Assembly (NCBI GenBank): GCA_964016885.1
Contig: OZ024743.1
Span: 27,962,001 to 28,026,000 of the forward strand
Reading direction: 5' to 3'
DNA: 64,000 nucleotides
Source of the DNA: Eledone cirrhosa
Lineage: Eukaryota
The position numbers and the translations under genes were made by a program. Under the pieces are notes generated by a model. That model saw only the letters and a program-made list of their open reading frames with translations, did not search any database and was not told where the DNA came from. Positions 13,076 to 25,432 of the stretch are shown here, piece by piece; the first letter of the stretch is position 1; each line of letters starts with the position of its first letter.

Positions 13076-13466
13076 TATTAGTACCATTAAGGTTTTGTTA
13101 TATACTCACATATACACTAACTATTCAGTTTTATATACGAGTTCCTTGCATTGCGGCCATGACCATCCCATCCCTTTTCACGGACATGGCGTAGCTAAAA
13201 CTACATTATCCTATGTGCCCAGGCTGTTTTAAGACGGCAGAGTATAATTTGAAGGCGAGTTGACTATTAATCCTAGCAGGTAAAGCGATCACATAGAAAC
13301 TCTCTCTTGTGCTAAGAGGAACGAGATGCTAATTGCTAGATGCAGTTCAATCCATTCAAAAGATCCGATCTTCCGAGACTGCGTAGGACTATAAATATCA
13401 ATGTTAATAATAAAGGGAAATAAAATAATAATTATGATAATAATCAGGAAAGAAATTGTATGTGGA

Positions 13467-13841
13467 AGTAATAATTGTTTCTACTTTAGGCACAAGGCCA
13501 TCAATTACCCAGTGCATTAATGGTACTTTATTTTACCGACCCCGTAAGGATGAAAGGCAGAAACAAAAGTAATAATTGTTTCTACTTTAGGCACAAGGCC
13601 ATCAATTACCCAGTGCATTAATGGTACTTTATTTTACCGACCCCGTAAGGATGAAAGGCAGAAACAAAAGTAATAATTGTTTCTACTTTAGGCACAAGGC
13701 CATCAATTACCCAGTGCATTAATGGTACTTTATTTTACCGACCCCGTAAGGATGAAAGGCAGAAACAAAAGTAATAATTGTTTCTACTTTAGGCACAAGG
13801 CCAGCAATTACCCAGTGCATTACTGGTACTTTATTTTATCG
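13467..13841 (-). repeat. 101-bp tandem array (about 3.7 units) derived from the SINE-A 3' half
   Basis: Units start at 13470, 13571, 13672 and 13773; the first three are identical. Confidence 0.92.
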
Positions 13842-14006
13842 AAAGTAATAATGAAGTGTTTTCTAACACCGAGAGTTGTGTTTACTCCACGTGTTCAATA
13901 TCTAAGAACACATAACATACACTATAAGGTACATTATACGTTATTTATTGTCTCACATTCCTTCAGTCATAACATATAAATAAGGAATAAGTGTTTTACT
14001 ACTCAC

Positions 14007-14125
14007 GGTTATTTAAGGGTGATATATGCTTCGTAAAAAATGCCTTTAACACATGTCAATAATATACGCACATGACGATAAAATACCGGTGTAACTGTTG
14101 ATACATGACATGCGCAAACGGAACT
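14007..14125 (-). promoter_or_regulatory. NAT10: Probable NAT10 non-coding first exon and core promoter
   Basis: Consensus donor CCG|GTGAGT on the minus strand at 14007/14006. NRF1-like TGCGCATG at 14109-14116 and local CpG enrichment. The ATG exon has an acceptor, so an upstream exon is required. Confidence 0.6.
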
Positions 14126-14771
14126 CTCTAGGCTCGAAGTTAATTTCAGTTCAAATATCGCATTTGCTGTTCAATACTTACTCAGCAGACGTATTTTTGT
14201 TTTTTATATAAACATAGTTAAACGAAGTTATGGAATAACGAGATACCTGCTCTTTTTCTTATTTTATAGATCATTGGAAAAATTATCTGTTCTACGGCAT
14301 ATGCTATTAAAGGAAAAACACCAAAGTAAATAAACAAAGAAGCTGTTTTTATAGTATTTTATGATCATGTATTCATGTTTTATTCGCTTTGGCTTGCAAT
14401 ATATAAAACGTTTTCAATCCACCCCGCCTCCAAAAGAGACTAATCGAATCGTAGCGTAGAAGTAAATATTGTTTTTAACGTTTCGTCTGTAAATATGAGG
14501 TTAATATGTATGGACAATAACAATGTTATGGTTATTTTATAGACAATAGTATTGTTATGGCTGCAGTAAAGTTGTGGAGTGGGGAACTACGATATAAACT
14601 ATATTTATGTTAAGGATACAATGTAGACAACAGCAATGTTATTGCTACAGTAAAATATATAGCAATGATGCAATATGGACAACGGCAATGCTGTCGCCTA
14701 AGTATAGTCTATATTATGGTTGTGGTAGTAGTATCGCCAACAGTGTTGTGATACAGTGTAGACAATGGCAA

Positions 14772-14910
14772 TGTGGTTGTAGTATTGACAACAACAATGT
14801 CGTAGTAACAGTATTGACTTTACCTTATTGTGGTTGTAGTATTGACAACAACAATGTCGTAGTAACAGTATTGACTTTACCATTATTGTGGTTGTAGTAT
14901 TGACAACAAT
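14772..14910. repeat. 57-bp tandem repeat within a degenerate minisatellite
   Basis: tgtggttgtagtattgacaacaacaatgtcgtagtaacagtattgactttacc(t/a)tat repeated about 2.4 times. Confidence 0.8.
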
Positions 14911-14949
14911 GTGGCTGCTATATAGTCTAACGATGTTCGAACTATTTAG

Positions 14950-15200
14950 AGAACAAAATCCTGAAATACCTTGATCTGTCGGTTAACTACATTTTCCAGC
15001 TTGTGGCGTTCGAGACGTTTGGGGGAGTCGGGCTGCTTGTTATCGTTAGTGGCTCGCCTAACCGAGGTAACTGGCGATGCTCGCGAAGGTGCTTGGCTGT
15101 TCCAGTGCATCAGCCTCGTCATCACCTGATGTAACGCTGCGAGCGTGCTGTTTTGCCTAAAAAATTATTAGACATGTTTTCCAGTGCTCCGCGCGATATT
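14950..15200 (+). mobile_element. Degraded 3' fragment of a CRE-clade (RLE) non-LTR retrotransposon
   Basis: Translation KILKYLDLSVNYIFQLVAFETFGGVG...RLTEVTGDAREGAWLFQCISLVIT*CNAASVL resembles the CRE C-terminal endonuclease tail. Confidence 0.6.
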
Positions 15201-15702
15201 GTTATCTTTTGCTCTAGCAGCGGCTGGTTTGTCCACCCCTTTCGCCTGTCTTTTGTTGTATGTAGTCCTAGATATGTGTTTTACCTGCTTGTGTATTTTT
15301 TTTTTTTTTCCCGTCCCTTGTCTTTCAGTTTCCTCTTTTTATTTGTAATATTATTATGATGGTTATGTTGACAAATAAAATTGCTATTATTGTCAGAGAA
15401 TATATTGTCAGCACCATCCTCTTCCTTTTCTGTAACTAAAAAAACAATTTTATAGTGAAAATTAAATTTCAATAATCCTTTTTATTCTATTTAAGCATTT
15501 AATGTGTGTGTAACCAGGTGATATGAGCCTGTGTTCATTTGGGTGGGGGTTGTCCCTTTCTTCCCTCACCACCCTTATACTTCATGCAACCTTTTAACTC
15601 ACTTGTGCCTTCCAGTCATCCCATTCAGCATCTCTGTGCCCCACAGCTATAGTGGTACCTACTTTGGAATGATTGTTCTATACTGTGGTCACAACATTAC
15701 TG

Positions 15703-15833
15703 TTGTCCATACTACAACCATAACATTACTATGCTCTGTACTGTAGGCCTAATATTGCTATTGTTCATATTACAATAGCAATATTAGGCCTACAGTACAG
15801 AGCATAGTAATGTTATGGTTGTAGTATGGACAA
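15703..15833. repeat. Perfect inverted repeat, 62-bp arms, 7-nt loop
   Basis: 15703-15764 is the exact reverse complement of 15772-15833. Confidence 0.92.
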
Positions 15834-16249
15834 TTGTTCATATTACAATCATAATATTACTATAGTATATACAGTAGCTCGGAGGCATAACTAGGGAAAA
15901 CAGTGCCTATGGTAAGCAATGAAATTGTGCCCCTACATAGCACTGTATTTTTACCTATGGGCCTAATAATTTGTATAAATGGTTTAATGATCCAGCCACC
16001 ATTGTGTTCTCACCCATGATAATTAGAAACAGATCATACATACATCTGAAGGAATTTCTTTTTTCACTCACCAATGAGGCTTATTTGACTTTAATAGAAT
16101 GTGCTCCTAGTTCAAGTGATGGCCCGTTCATGTGGCTCCCCATGGCACAAGCCATGCTTGTCACATCCTAGTTACGCCTTTGCATTAGTTACATCATTGC
16201 TGTTGTCCATACTACAACCACAATATTGCTGTTGTTCATACTACATCTA

Positions 16250-16405
16250 CGCCATGCTTTCCAGCATAGTTACATCCCTTTACAGTCTGAGTTCAAATCC
16301 CGCCGAGGTTAACTTTGCCTTTCATCCATACGGGGTCGATAAAATAAAGTACCAGTAATGCACTGGGATAATTGCTGGCCTTGTGCCAAAAGTAGAAACA
16401 ATTAT
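16250..16405 (+). mobile_element. SINE-A copy (5' truncated)
   Basis: B-box GAGTTCAAATCC and shared body and tail. Confidence 0.78.
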
Positions 16406-17118
16406 TAAAGTCTTTACTGCAACCACAACACTGAAACCAGCATGTAGTCACAACATTACTAGAGCTTTTATTGCAGCTAGGACAGAGTTATATATATTGC
16501 ATTGTAGCCATAATACCTGGTTTATGTGTTGTGTCAGTGCAATAAATTATTATCTAACATAGCTGCAGATGATTGCGAATGCTGTGTATGGACTGAAATA
16601 AATGAATAACTAATTACTTTCAAACTTGGTTTCGGTTTCTATTCTTATCAAAGTGGAATTTAACTTTTCATCCCTCCATCAAAACAAATGACATTATACC
16701 ACCACCACCATCATTATCATCACTATCATCACTGTTTAAAGACCATATTTTCCTGCTAGCATGAGTTAGATGAATTGTCCTGCTGTGAGTCAAGTCAGGT
16801 CAAATGACCATGTTTTGCCTCATACAGAACTGTTTCTGATTTGGTTTCTATGGCTGGATGGCCTTCTGAATGAAAATCATATTTACAACATACACATAAA
16901 TATATATATATTAAGTTTAATTTATTTTGATTAAGAACTTTTCACATTTCTTTATTAGTTCTATATTTTTGGTTTGTTCGATTGAATATAACGTTGTTCC
17001 CTCTTTACACCAATACATATATGTATGCATATGTAATACATATGTATGCATATATATATATATATGTATGCATATATATATATATGTATGCATATATATA
17101 TATATATGTATGCATATA

Positions 17119-17177
<59 letters not shown>

Positions 17178-17203
17178 ATATACATATACATATATATATA
17201 TAT

Positions 17204-17675
17204 ATTGTTATATTTTGGGAGGGTCATGTTGCCAATAAGAAACGCACGCACCAGTTGCTTTCACTTCAATTTATTATATATTTATAAATTTAAAAATTTA
17301 TAAATTTATAAATTTCTGGTTGGTTGGTTCCACAACCAGATAGTTGTTTATATATAGTCATAGTCCTTTCGTCACACACTCTGTGACCTCTTCAGTGACT
17401 GGGGATCCCTTTCTTTGTCTCCGTGCCTCTCCTTTGTTCTGTCCTACGCCATTTTGTTTCTGTGTGTGTGTTGTGTGCTCAGTTTGCGCATGCGCCACAT
17501 CCGGGTGTCTGTGTGTGTTTATGTTCATTTATCTATTTGTTTATTTATTTATTTATTTACATGTTATTGGTTGGTTGTTTGTTCTATGTGTGTGTGTGTT
17601 TTCATTTTGTCCTTAATTGTAAGTTGTGATGTTGCTGTTCCACTCATATTTTCTATTTAATTTTGGTTGTAATTC
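17204..17675 (-). mobile_element. Solo pseudo-LTR of PLE family A with hammerhead motif
   Basis: Reverse-complement homologue of 43340-43786; flanked by (TA)n on both sides. Confidence 0.85.
17356..17400 (-). ncRNA. Minimal type I hammerhead ribozyme (family A)
   Basis: AGTCA CTGAAGA G GTCACA gagtg TGTGAC GAAA GGAC TA TGACT: intact core, 5-bp stem I, 6-bp stem II. Confidence 0.8.
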
Positions 17676-17774
17676 TTTTGTTTATTGCCTATATATATAT
17701 ATATATATATATGCATATATATATATATATATATGCATAATGTATATATATATACACATTAATAATAATGATAA

Positions 17775-17987
17775 TAATTGTTTCTACTTTAGGCACAAGG
17801 TCAGCAATTTGAGGGGGAGGGGAAAGTTGCTTAAATCGACCCAGTACATTACTGGTGCTTTATCTTATTGACCCCGTAGAGATGAAAGCAAATTTAACCC
17901 TGGCGGGATTTGAACTCAGAACGTAAGCGGACATAACTTTATGCAGCAAAGCATGGTGTCTGACGCTCTACTGATACTGCCAAACCA
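17775..17987 (-). mobile_element. SINE-A copy
   Basis: Reverse-strand A/B boxes and shared tail. Confidence 0.75.
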
Positions 17988-18521
17988 CATACTGCCTGCG
18001 GGTGCAATTCATTTGCACCTCTACTGCTAACATGCACACACACACACACATATATATGTATATCATCATCATCATCATCATCACCGTTTTATGTCCGTTC
18101 CTCCACACTAGCATGTGTTAGACGGGTTGTCCTGTTGTGGGCAGTGTTTGGTCAGCTGACCTTGTCTTACTCATACAGGAACTGATTTTGGCTTGATTTC
18201 TACAGCTGGATGCCCTTCCTAACACCAACCTCATTTACAGTGAGTGCTGGGTGCTTTTTTTCCGTGGCGCCTACACGACCACTTTGCAGTGGAATGATAG
18301 GGACCCCAGTCCCTATCATCTCATTTCTACAGCTGAGTAAACTGGAGCAATGTGAAATAAAGTGTCTTGCTCAAGGAAACAACACATCACCTGGTCCGAG
18401 AATTGAACTCACAACCTTTCGATTGCAAGCCAATGCTCTAACCACTAAGCCATGCGCCTAATATTAACAACAGTCATAAATGGAAAATATCACTGTAGCA
18501 TCATATTTATTTTATTATACA

Positions 18522-19459
18522 CTAGCAGCAGTACTCAGCGTTGCCTGTGTAGGTAAAATAATATCTGCTTTGATGAAAAGGTGGTGATCTTAGCGACTGC
18601 TTCTCGATGACTCATCTATGGCCACACACAGGCCATGCGGGGGAGAGTGGTGATGACCTCTATCACTGAGAAACGCAGGTGACTGACGAAGGGGCATGCT
18701 GGAGGAGGGAGGTAATGACCTCTAACACAGCCAAATTTCCTCACGCTACTTGATTGGAAACCGATGAATTCTCAAATACATAACTAAAAGCTCAGACGAC
18801 GTCAGTGGCCATCGTTTTGCCTTTGACCATCAACTGGATAATTGAATGGAATTGTTTCGAATTTGAACGAAATCAGTTGAAAAATGTGGGAGCTAGAGCC
18901 GAAAATGCGGAAATTTGAGCGAAAATGTGGTATTTTCGAATATTTAAGCGGCTGCCACGCCATTCCTGAACAAAAAATCCAAAATATAAAGCCACTCTAA
19001 GACGTGTAATACTCAGATCTAGCATAGTGTAAAATTTGAACAAAGTAGGTTGATTAATGTGGGAGCTAGAGCCGAAAAAAATTGGTATTTTTGAATATTT
19101 AAGCGGCTGCCACACCGTCCCTGAACAACAAATGCAAAATATAAAGCAATTACAGGATGTGCAATGATCAATTCTATTTTGCTTTAAAATTTGAACGAAA
19201 TCGGTGGCAAAATGTGGGAGCTAGAGCCAAAAATCTTATTTTTCGATACCTAAAAAAAGGTGACCCCCAACCCTATCGATTTTTATCTGCAGAATGACCC
19301 CGGAATAAAAAAAAAACGATACGCTGATATATAACCCCCCCCCCCCCCCGATGACTACTCTATGAGCCTGTAAAGTTTCATGAAAATCGGTCGTAAGATG
19401 TAGGCCCCTATATGTAACACACAGACACACACACATACTTAATTTTATATATATAGAGA
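18522..19459 (-). mobile_element. Non-autonomous Helitron-like element
   Basis: On the minus strand it begins A|TC(TCTATATATATAAAA) and ends CTAG|T, with internal ~150-170 bp subrepeats (gtgggagctagagcc). Confidence 0.65.
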
Positions 19460-20346
19460 TATTTAAAGGATACTAAATTATAGTATCCTTTCATCAGTTA
19501 AAATACAATATTTGATGTATAAGATAGTGACATACCCAAAATATAGACCTCTACGATTAGCTTACAATGGATATGTCATTACCGTAGAGGTCTATATTTT
19601 TGGCTCTAGCTCCCACATTTTGCCACCGATTTCGTTCAAATTTTAAAGCAAAATAGAATTGATCATTGCACATCCTGTAATGGCTTTATATTTTGCGTTT
19701 GTTGTTCAGGGACGGCGTGGCAGCCGCTTAAATATTCAAAAATACCACTTTTAGACTCAAATTTCCACTTTTTCGGCTCTAGTTCCCACATTAATTAACC
19801 TAGTTTGTTCAAATTTTACACTACGCTAGATCTGATTATTTCACGTCTTAAAATGGCTTTACATTTAGGATTTTTTGTTCAGAAACGGCGTGGCAGCCGC
19901 TTAAATATTCGAAAATACCACCTTTTTCGGCTCTAGCTCCCACATTTTTCAACCAATTTCGTTCAAATTCGTCTCCACCTCACACATAAATCAATTTATT
20001 TGGTTCAACTTTTATACTACGATAGAACCTATCATCTTATAGTAGCTTTACACTTTGCATTTTTTGTTCAGGGACGGCGTGGCAGCCGTTTAACTCTTCA
20101 AAATACGATTTTTTCCACCTCCCACGATTCCACTCAACATTTCGCCATTTGCTACACCTTACGACCGATTTCCAAGAAACTCGCAGTCGCTAAGATCAAC
20201 ACCTAGTGTATAATAAAATAAATATGATGCTATAGTGATATTTTCCATTTATTATACTCCAGATAAAATAAACTGTGGAGTGCTTCATAACTGTTATGAA
20301 CATAACTCTGTTGAATATTTATCAACAAAGCATATAACTCATTGTT

Positions 20347-20467
<121 letters not shown>

Positions 20468-20470
20468 ATA

Positions 20471-20633
20471 AGTTTATCCCGGGTTCAATAGGGGGTAACC
20501 ACAGTAAAGTACTCAATACAAAGCAGAGTATAAATATTTAATATAGAAATCATCAGGAAGCCCAGGGCTTCCTGATGATTTCTCCCGAATGAAACAGTTC
20601 TAGTCCTGTAGAAGCCATTTCTATATTAAATAT
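20471..20633. mobile_element. PLE-type terminus family B, foldback arrangement with hammerhead-like motif (20563-20608, +)
   Basis: CAGGGCT tc CTGATGA tTTC tccc GAAt GAAA cagt TC t AGTCCTG. Homologous to 29731-29908, 20803-20850 and 45328-45372. Confidence 0.6.
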
Positions 20634-20725
20634 ATATATATATATATATACACATCTCCCCATGTATAGAGTACTTTCATGATTAGTGGTCTCCTTGGTC
20701 TCAACACAGTAGACTATATATATAC

Positions 20726-20759
<34 letters not shown>

Positions 20760-20879
20760 GATGATGATGATGATATGTATATATATATATTATCTATTAT
20801 GACTTCTACAGGACTAGAACTGTTTCATTCATATGAAATCATCAGGATATTCCGCATGGTTTCATATGCGGTGAATAAG

Positions 20880-22245
20880 AGATTTCCATAGAGATCTGTC
20901 CTAAGCCCCAAGTTGCCACACATTTTGCAGCTTTTCAGACTTTCTTTCACAGTGTCCTAGCACTTTTATGGTCTTCCTTTTGATCACTTTCCCTTTCGGA
21001 GTTTGCAATGAAAACTTTTTGGAAGGTCGTGTTCGTTCATGTGGCACACATGACCTGCTCATCTCTGTTGAGAACAATTGAAGATGGCGTGAATAGTTTC
21101 TAATTCTGCCTTCTGTGTCTGGAATTCTGTTTTCCTGCTTTACTTGGTGGGTTAGCAGTATCGGTAGGGGATCGGACTTTGTATCATAAATAGGCCCCTT
21201 TACATTCAGAGTTCAAATCCCGCCGAGGTTAACTTTGCCTTTCATCCTTACGGGGACGATAAAATAAAGTACCAGTAATGTACTGGGTAATTGCTTGCCT
21301 TGTGCCAAAAGTAGAAACAATTAATTTACTCAAGCATCTCATGTGGAATGAATTGTGCTGTCTGGTATGATAACTGTAGATTCCCCAGGTCTCACTGTCA
21401 TGGAGAATAGACGAAAGGATGACAGATTTGTAGACTTTTTAGCTCATTCTTAATACAGATAACATTCCTATTCCAGACTTTTTCCTTGAGTCTGATAAAT
21501 GTAGACTTGGCTTTGGAGATACTGTACTCCACTTCATCAATATTTGCTGTTTTAGAGGGAGTGCTATATAAGTAGATGAATTTCAGTTTTTTGTCCTTTT
21601 ATGGTGAATATGGGTTCTTTGTAGTGGGTATCAGGGAAGGTTGCTATGTCACTTTTTGGGGTACTTATAGTGAAACCAAAATTCTTATAAGTGAGTAAAT
21701 AAATCTAACCTTGCTTGCATGTCACTTTCTGAACCGATATTGAGGCCACAATCATCGGCAAAGAGAACATTTCAAAGTTTGTCGTCTTTGACATATCTCT
21801 TGTCTTTTCAGATGGAAGATGCTGCCTTCATCAAATCTGTATTTGATACTTACACCTATGTTGGTGACTCTGTAAGCATCTGAAAGCATAGCAAAGAATA
21901 TTTTTCTGGAAAGCATAGAGGATGGAACACAGCCCTGTTTTATGCTGTGGGTAACTGGGGATGGTTTAGATAACTCGCTGTCATCTTATACACTTGTATA
22001 CATTCCTTCGTGAATTTGCATGACCATTGAGATAAACTTTCTTTGACATCCCAACTTGGCCATGATTTTCCATAGACCTTCCGTAGCGACAGTGTCAAAC
22101 ATTTTTTTCAGATCCCCAAAAGTTATATGGAGGTCCTAATTCTGCTCCAGGCATTTTACTTGTAGTTGACCGGCTGCAAAATCCATATCTACTGTGCTGC
22201 AACCAGGTCTAAAACCAGAGTGGGTTTTTTTAGCAGGAGATTTCT
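20880..22245 (-). mobile_element. Heavily degraded RTE LINE RT region, with a SINE-A insert at ~21147-21322 (+)
   Basis: Relic translation QR*AGHVCHMNEHDLPKSF...KGK*SKGRP, FADDCGL and KQGCVPS, with many stops and frameshifts. Confidence 0.75.
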
Positions 22246-22344
22246 CTTCAGTCGATTGAGCAATATACATATAAGAAAATGCTTGTCGAATACACAAGCT
22301 GAAAACGCTTGGCATTGTGGTCAGAATTTTAAATCTCTCTCTCG

Positions 22345-22390
<46 letters not shown>

Positions 22391-22394
<4 letters not shown>

Positions 22395-23473
22395 GAATAA
22401 TCGAGTATCGGAAAATCGGCTCACGAGATTACGATAAACAAATTCGACATGAGTGGCAGAGGGCTCAATAATTCAGATAAATCAGAGCTATAACTATCGT
22501 TAAAATACCAACACACAAAGATTATGTCTAAAATCACCCATGCGGCCGAAAATTACGACCAGGAAAATTCGGGTCACTCAGATAAAATATCAATAAATCA
22601 ATAAATCATATGAATGTAAAAAGCTTACCCGGACCCACTAGAAAGATGGTAAATCTAGCTTCTTGGGTTTCTGTAATTCCTTAATCCGCCCCCTATCAGC
22701 CCACATAAAAATATATAAGACTTCTAGAGAGCGGCGGACGGGAATACTTTATCAACGGGTCTTGTCCAAACGAATAAAAAGTTAACCCTAGCTGAGACGC
22801 ACATGGTGTCCAGCAAGGGAAATAACCTCTATATCCGCGAAAGATATTCGGAAATGTGGGAAATCACATATCGAATAAGAGTGCTCAATAGACATGTTAA
22901 AATAAACAGAAGCTATTCATCATTTAATAGAATCGACAAAAAATGAACAATAAAATTAACTGGTCAATAGCTAAGTCTAGAGCTAAATATAGTAGAATAA
23001 TCGAGTATCGGAAAATCGGCTCACGAGATTACGATAAACAAATTCGACATGAGTGGCAGAGGGCTCAATAATTCAGATAAATCAGAGCTATAACTATCGT
23101 TAAAATACCAACACACAATGATTATGTCTAAAATCACCTAGTGGCCGAAAATTACGACCAGGAAAATTCGGGTCACTCAGATAAAATATCAATAAATCAA
23201 TAAATCATATGAATGTAAAAAGCTTACCCGGACCCACTAGAAAGATGGTAAATCTAGCTTCTTGGGTTTCTGTAATTCCTTAATCCGCCCCCTATCAGCC
23301 CACATAAAAATATATAAGACTTCTAGAGAGCGGCGGACGGGAATACTATATCAACGGGTCTTGTCCAAACGAATAAAAAAGTTAACCCTAGCTGAGACGC
23401 ACATGGTGTCCAGCAAGGGAAATAACCTCTATATCCGCGAAAGATATTCGGAAATGTGGGAAATCACATATTG
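22391..23473. repeat. 600-bp-period partial tandem duplication between (TA)n tracts
   Basis: 22391-22873 is nearly identical to 22991-23473. Confidence 0.92.
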
Positions 23474-24161
23474 AATATATATATATATATATATATATAA
23501 TTGTTGGTAATTCAACAAATATATATGTATTTATAACTGATTTGAAACACTCGACAGATTTTCTGGAGTATAATATCAATGATATTAATAAATGGAAACT
23601 ATATTTATAAAACCATATTCATTCTATGCGTATCCAGCCGTAGAAAACCTGCCAGACAGTCTATACGAGCAAGACAACCAATCTTGCCTCAAGTGGGACA
23701 ATTCCTGTCTAAACCCATGCTGGCGTGGAAGATAGACGTTAAATGATGATGATGATATTTCAAGGGTACCAAAACTTCGGTACGGTCTCATCAGATAAAA
23801 TACAAAGTTTGTTTTATAAATATTGACATATCCAGGAATGAGACCATAACGGTTCAAGTTTTACCTGGATAGGTATATACACACGCGCACCATACCTCAA
23901 TACTTTACTGGTACTTTATCCTATCGATCTTTGAAGGATAAAGTCAAAATCGCAGGAATTTGATCTCCAAAGATAGTGTGGCGTGACCAAATATAGGAAT
24001 TACATTTGATCGGCGCTCAACTGATTCTCTAGTTCAAATAACATTAATTATGTCTTCCCACACAAATACAAATCTTGTTAAAAGAACATGTCAATCTGGT
24101 CACACTCTCTTAATTTATTACATCTATACTAGAATGAAGACAGGCATGTTGGCCTCTACAT

Positions 24162-24370
24162 CAAGTATGGTAAACATGCGGCCCGCGGACCGCATGCGGC
24201 CCTTTACATCTGCGGCCTTCACAAAGGTTTTTATAGCGTGAGCATGTTTTATCTTCATAAAATGAAAAAAAAAAAAAATAGTTATGTGCGCAATTAGATG
24301 TCGTGTGTGGCCCTCAGACAACACATGTGATCCATATGGCCCACGGGAGACCCTCAGTTTGAAATGCCTG
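24162..24370. mobile_element. hAT-type MITE
   Basis: Imperfect TIRs CAAGTATGGTAAAC / GTTTGAAATGCCTG, exact 8-bp TSD CTCTACAT (24154-24161 and 24371-24378), internal GCGGCCC motifs. Confidence 0.8.
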
Positions 24371-24595
24371 CTCTACATGATTTGGCCGTAGAACATAAAA
24401 AGACGAATGTAATGATGACAAAGTTATTTTTATCCAATGAATTGCCGACTATACTGGTTTTTATTTGTAGTTGTCTTGTCTTGTTTATTTCCTTATGTGT
24501 GTAGGTAGACAAGGAACAGTAATTTTCAAATTTCTATTTCGATACAATGAAGCAGAATAAACTGTAGAACTGTTGAACTGAAACGAACATATAAT

Positions 24596-25432
24596 AATAA
24601 TTGTTTCTGATTTAGGCACAAGGACAACAATGTTTTGGGGGGAGGGACAAGTCGATTAAATCGACTCCTGTGCATTACTGGTACTTTATTTTATCGATCC
24701 CGTAAGGATAAAAGGCAAAGCTAACCTCGGTGAGATTTGCACTCAGAACGTAAAGGGACATAACTCTATGCCGCTAAGCATGTTGTCCAACGCTCTACCG
24801 ATTCTGCCAATCCACTTTCCTATAATAATGATTTCTTATATAGGCATAAGACCAGCAATTTTGGGGGAGGGTAAAGTCAATTAAATCGACCCTAGTGCAT
24901 GACTGGTACTCCATAAGGATGAAAGGCAAAGTTAACCTCGGCGGGATTTGAACTCAGATCATAAAGGGCCGTAACTCTATGCTGCTTAGCATGGCGTCCG
25001 ACCCTCTACCGATACTGCCAATCCACTTTTCTATAATAATATAATTGTTTCTACTTTTGGCACAAGGCCAGCAATTATCCCAGTGTATTACTGGTACTTT
25101 ATTTTATCGACCCCGTAAGGATGAAAGGCAAAGATAACCTCGGCGGGATTTGAACTCAAATGGCAAGGGCCGTAACTCTATGCTTGGCGTCCGATCCTCT
25201 ACCGATACTGCCAATGATTTCTAATATAGGCACAAGGCCGGTAATTTTTTTTTTTTGGGGGGGGGGGAGAAAGTCGATTACATCAACCCCAGTACGTTGC
25301 TGGTACTTTGTTTTATCGACCCCGTAAGGGTGAAAGGCAAAGTTAACCTCGGCGGGATTTGAACTCAGACCATAAAGGGCCGTAACTCTTTGCTGCAAAG
25401 CATGGCGTCCGACCCTTTACCGATACTGCCAA
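24596..25432 (-). mobile_element. Four head-to-tail SINE-A copies
   Basis: Four successive units, each with GGCACAAGG(C/A)C-like sequence, GAAAGGCAAAG, GGATTTGAACTC and CCGATACTGCCAA, separated by short (TAA)-rich spacers. Confidence 0.85.

Noticed and set aside
13467-13841. CRISPR-like regular repeat
   Set aside because: Units are wholly identical with no unique spacers, are SINE-derived, and lie in a eukaryotic context with no cas genes.
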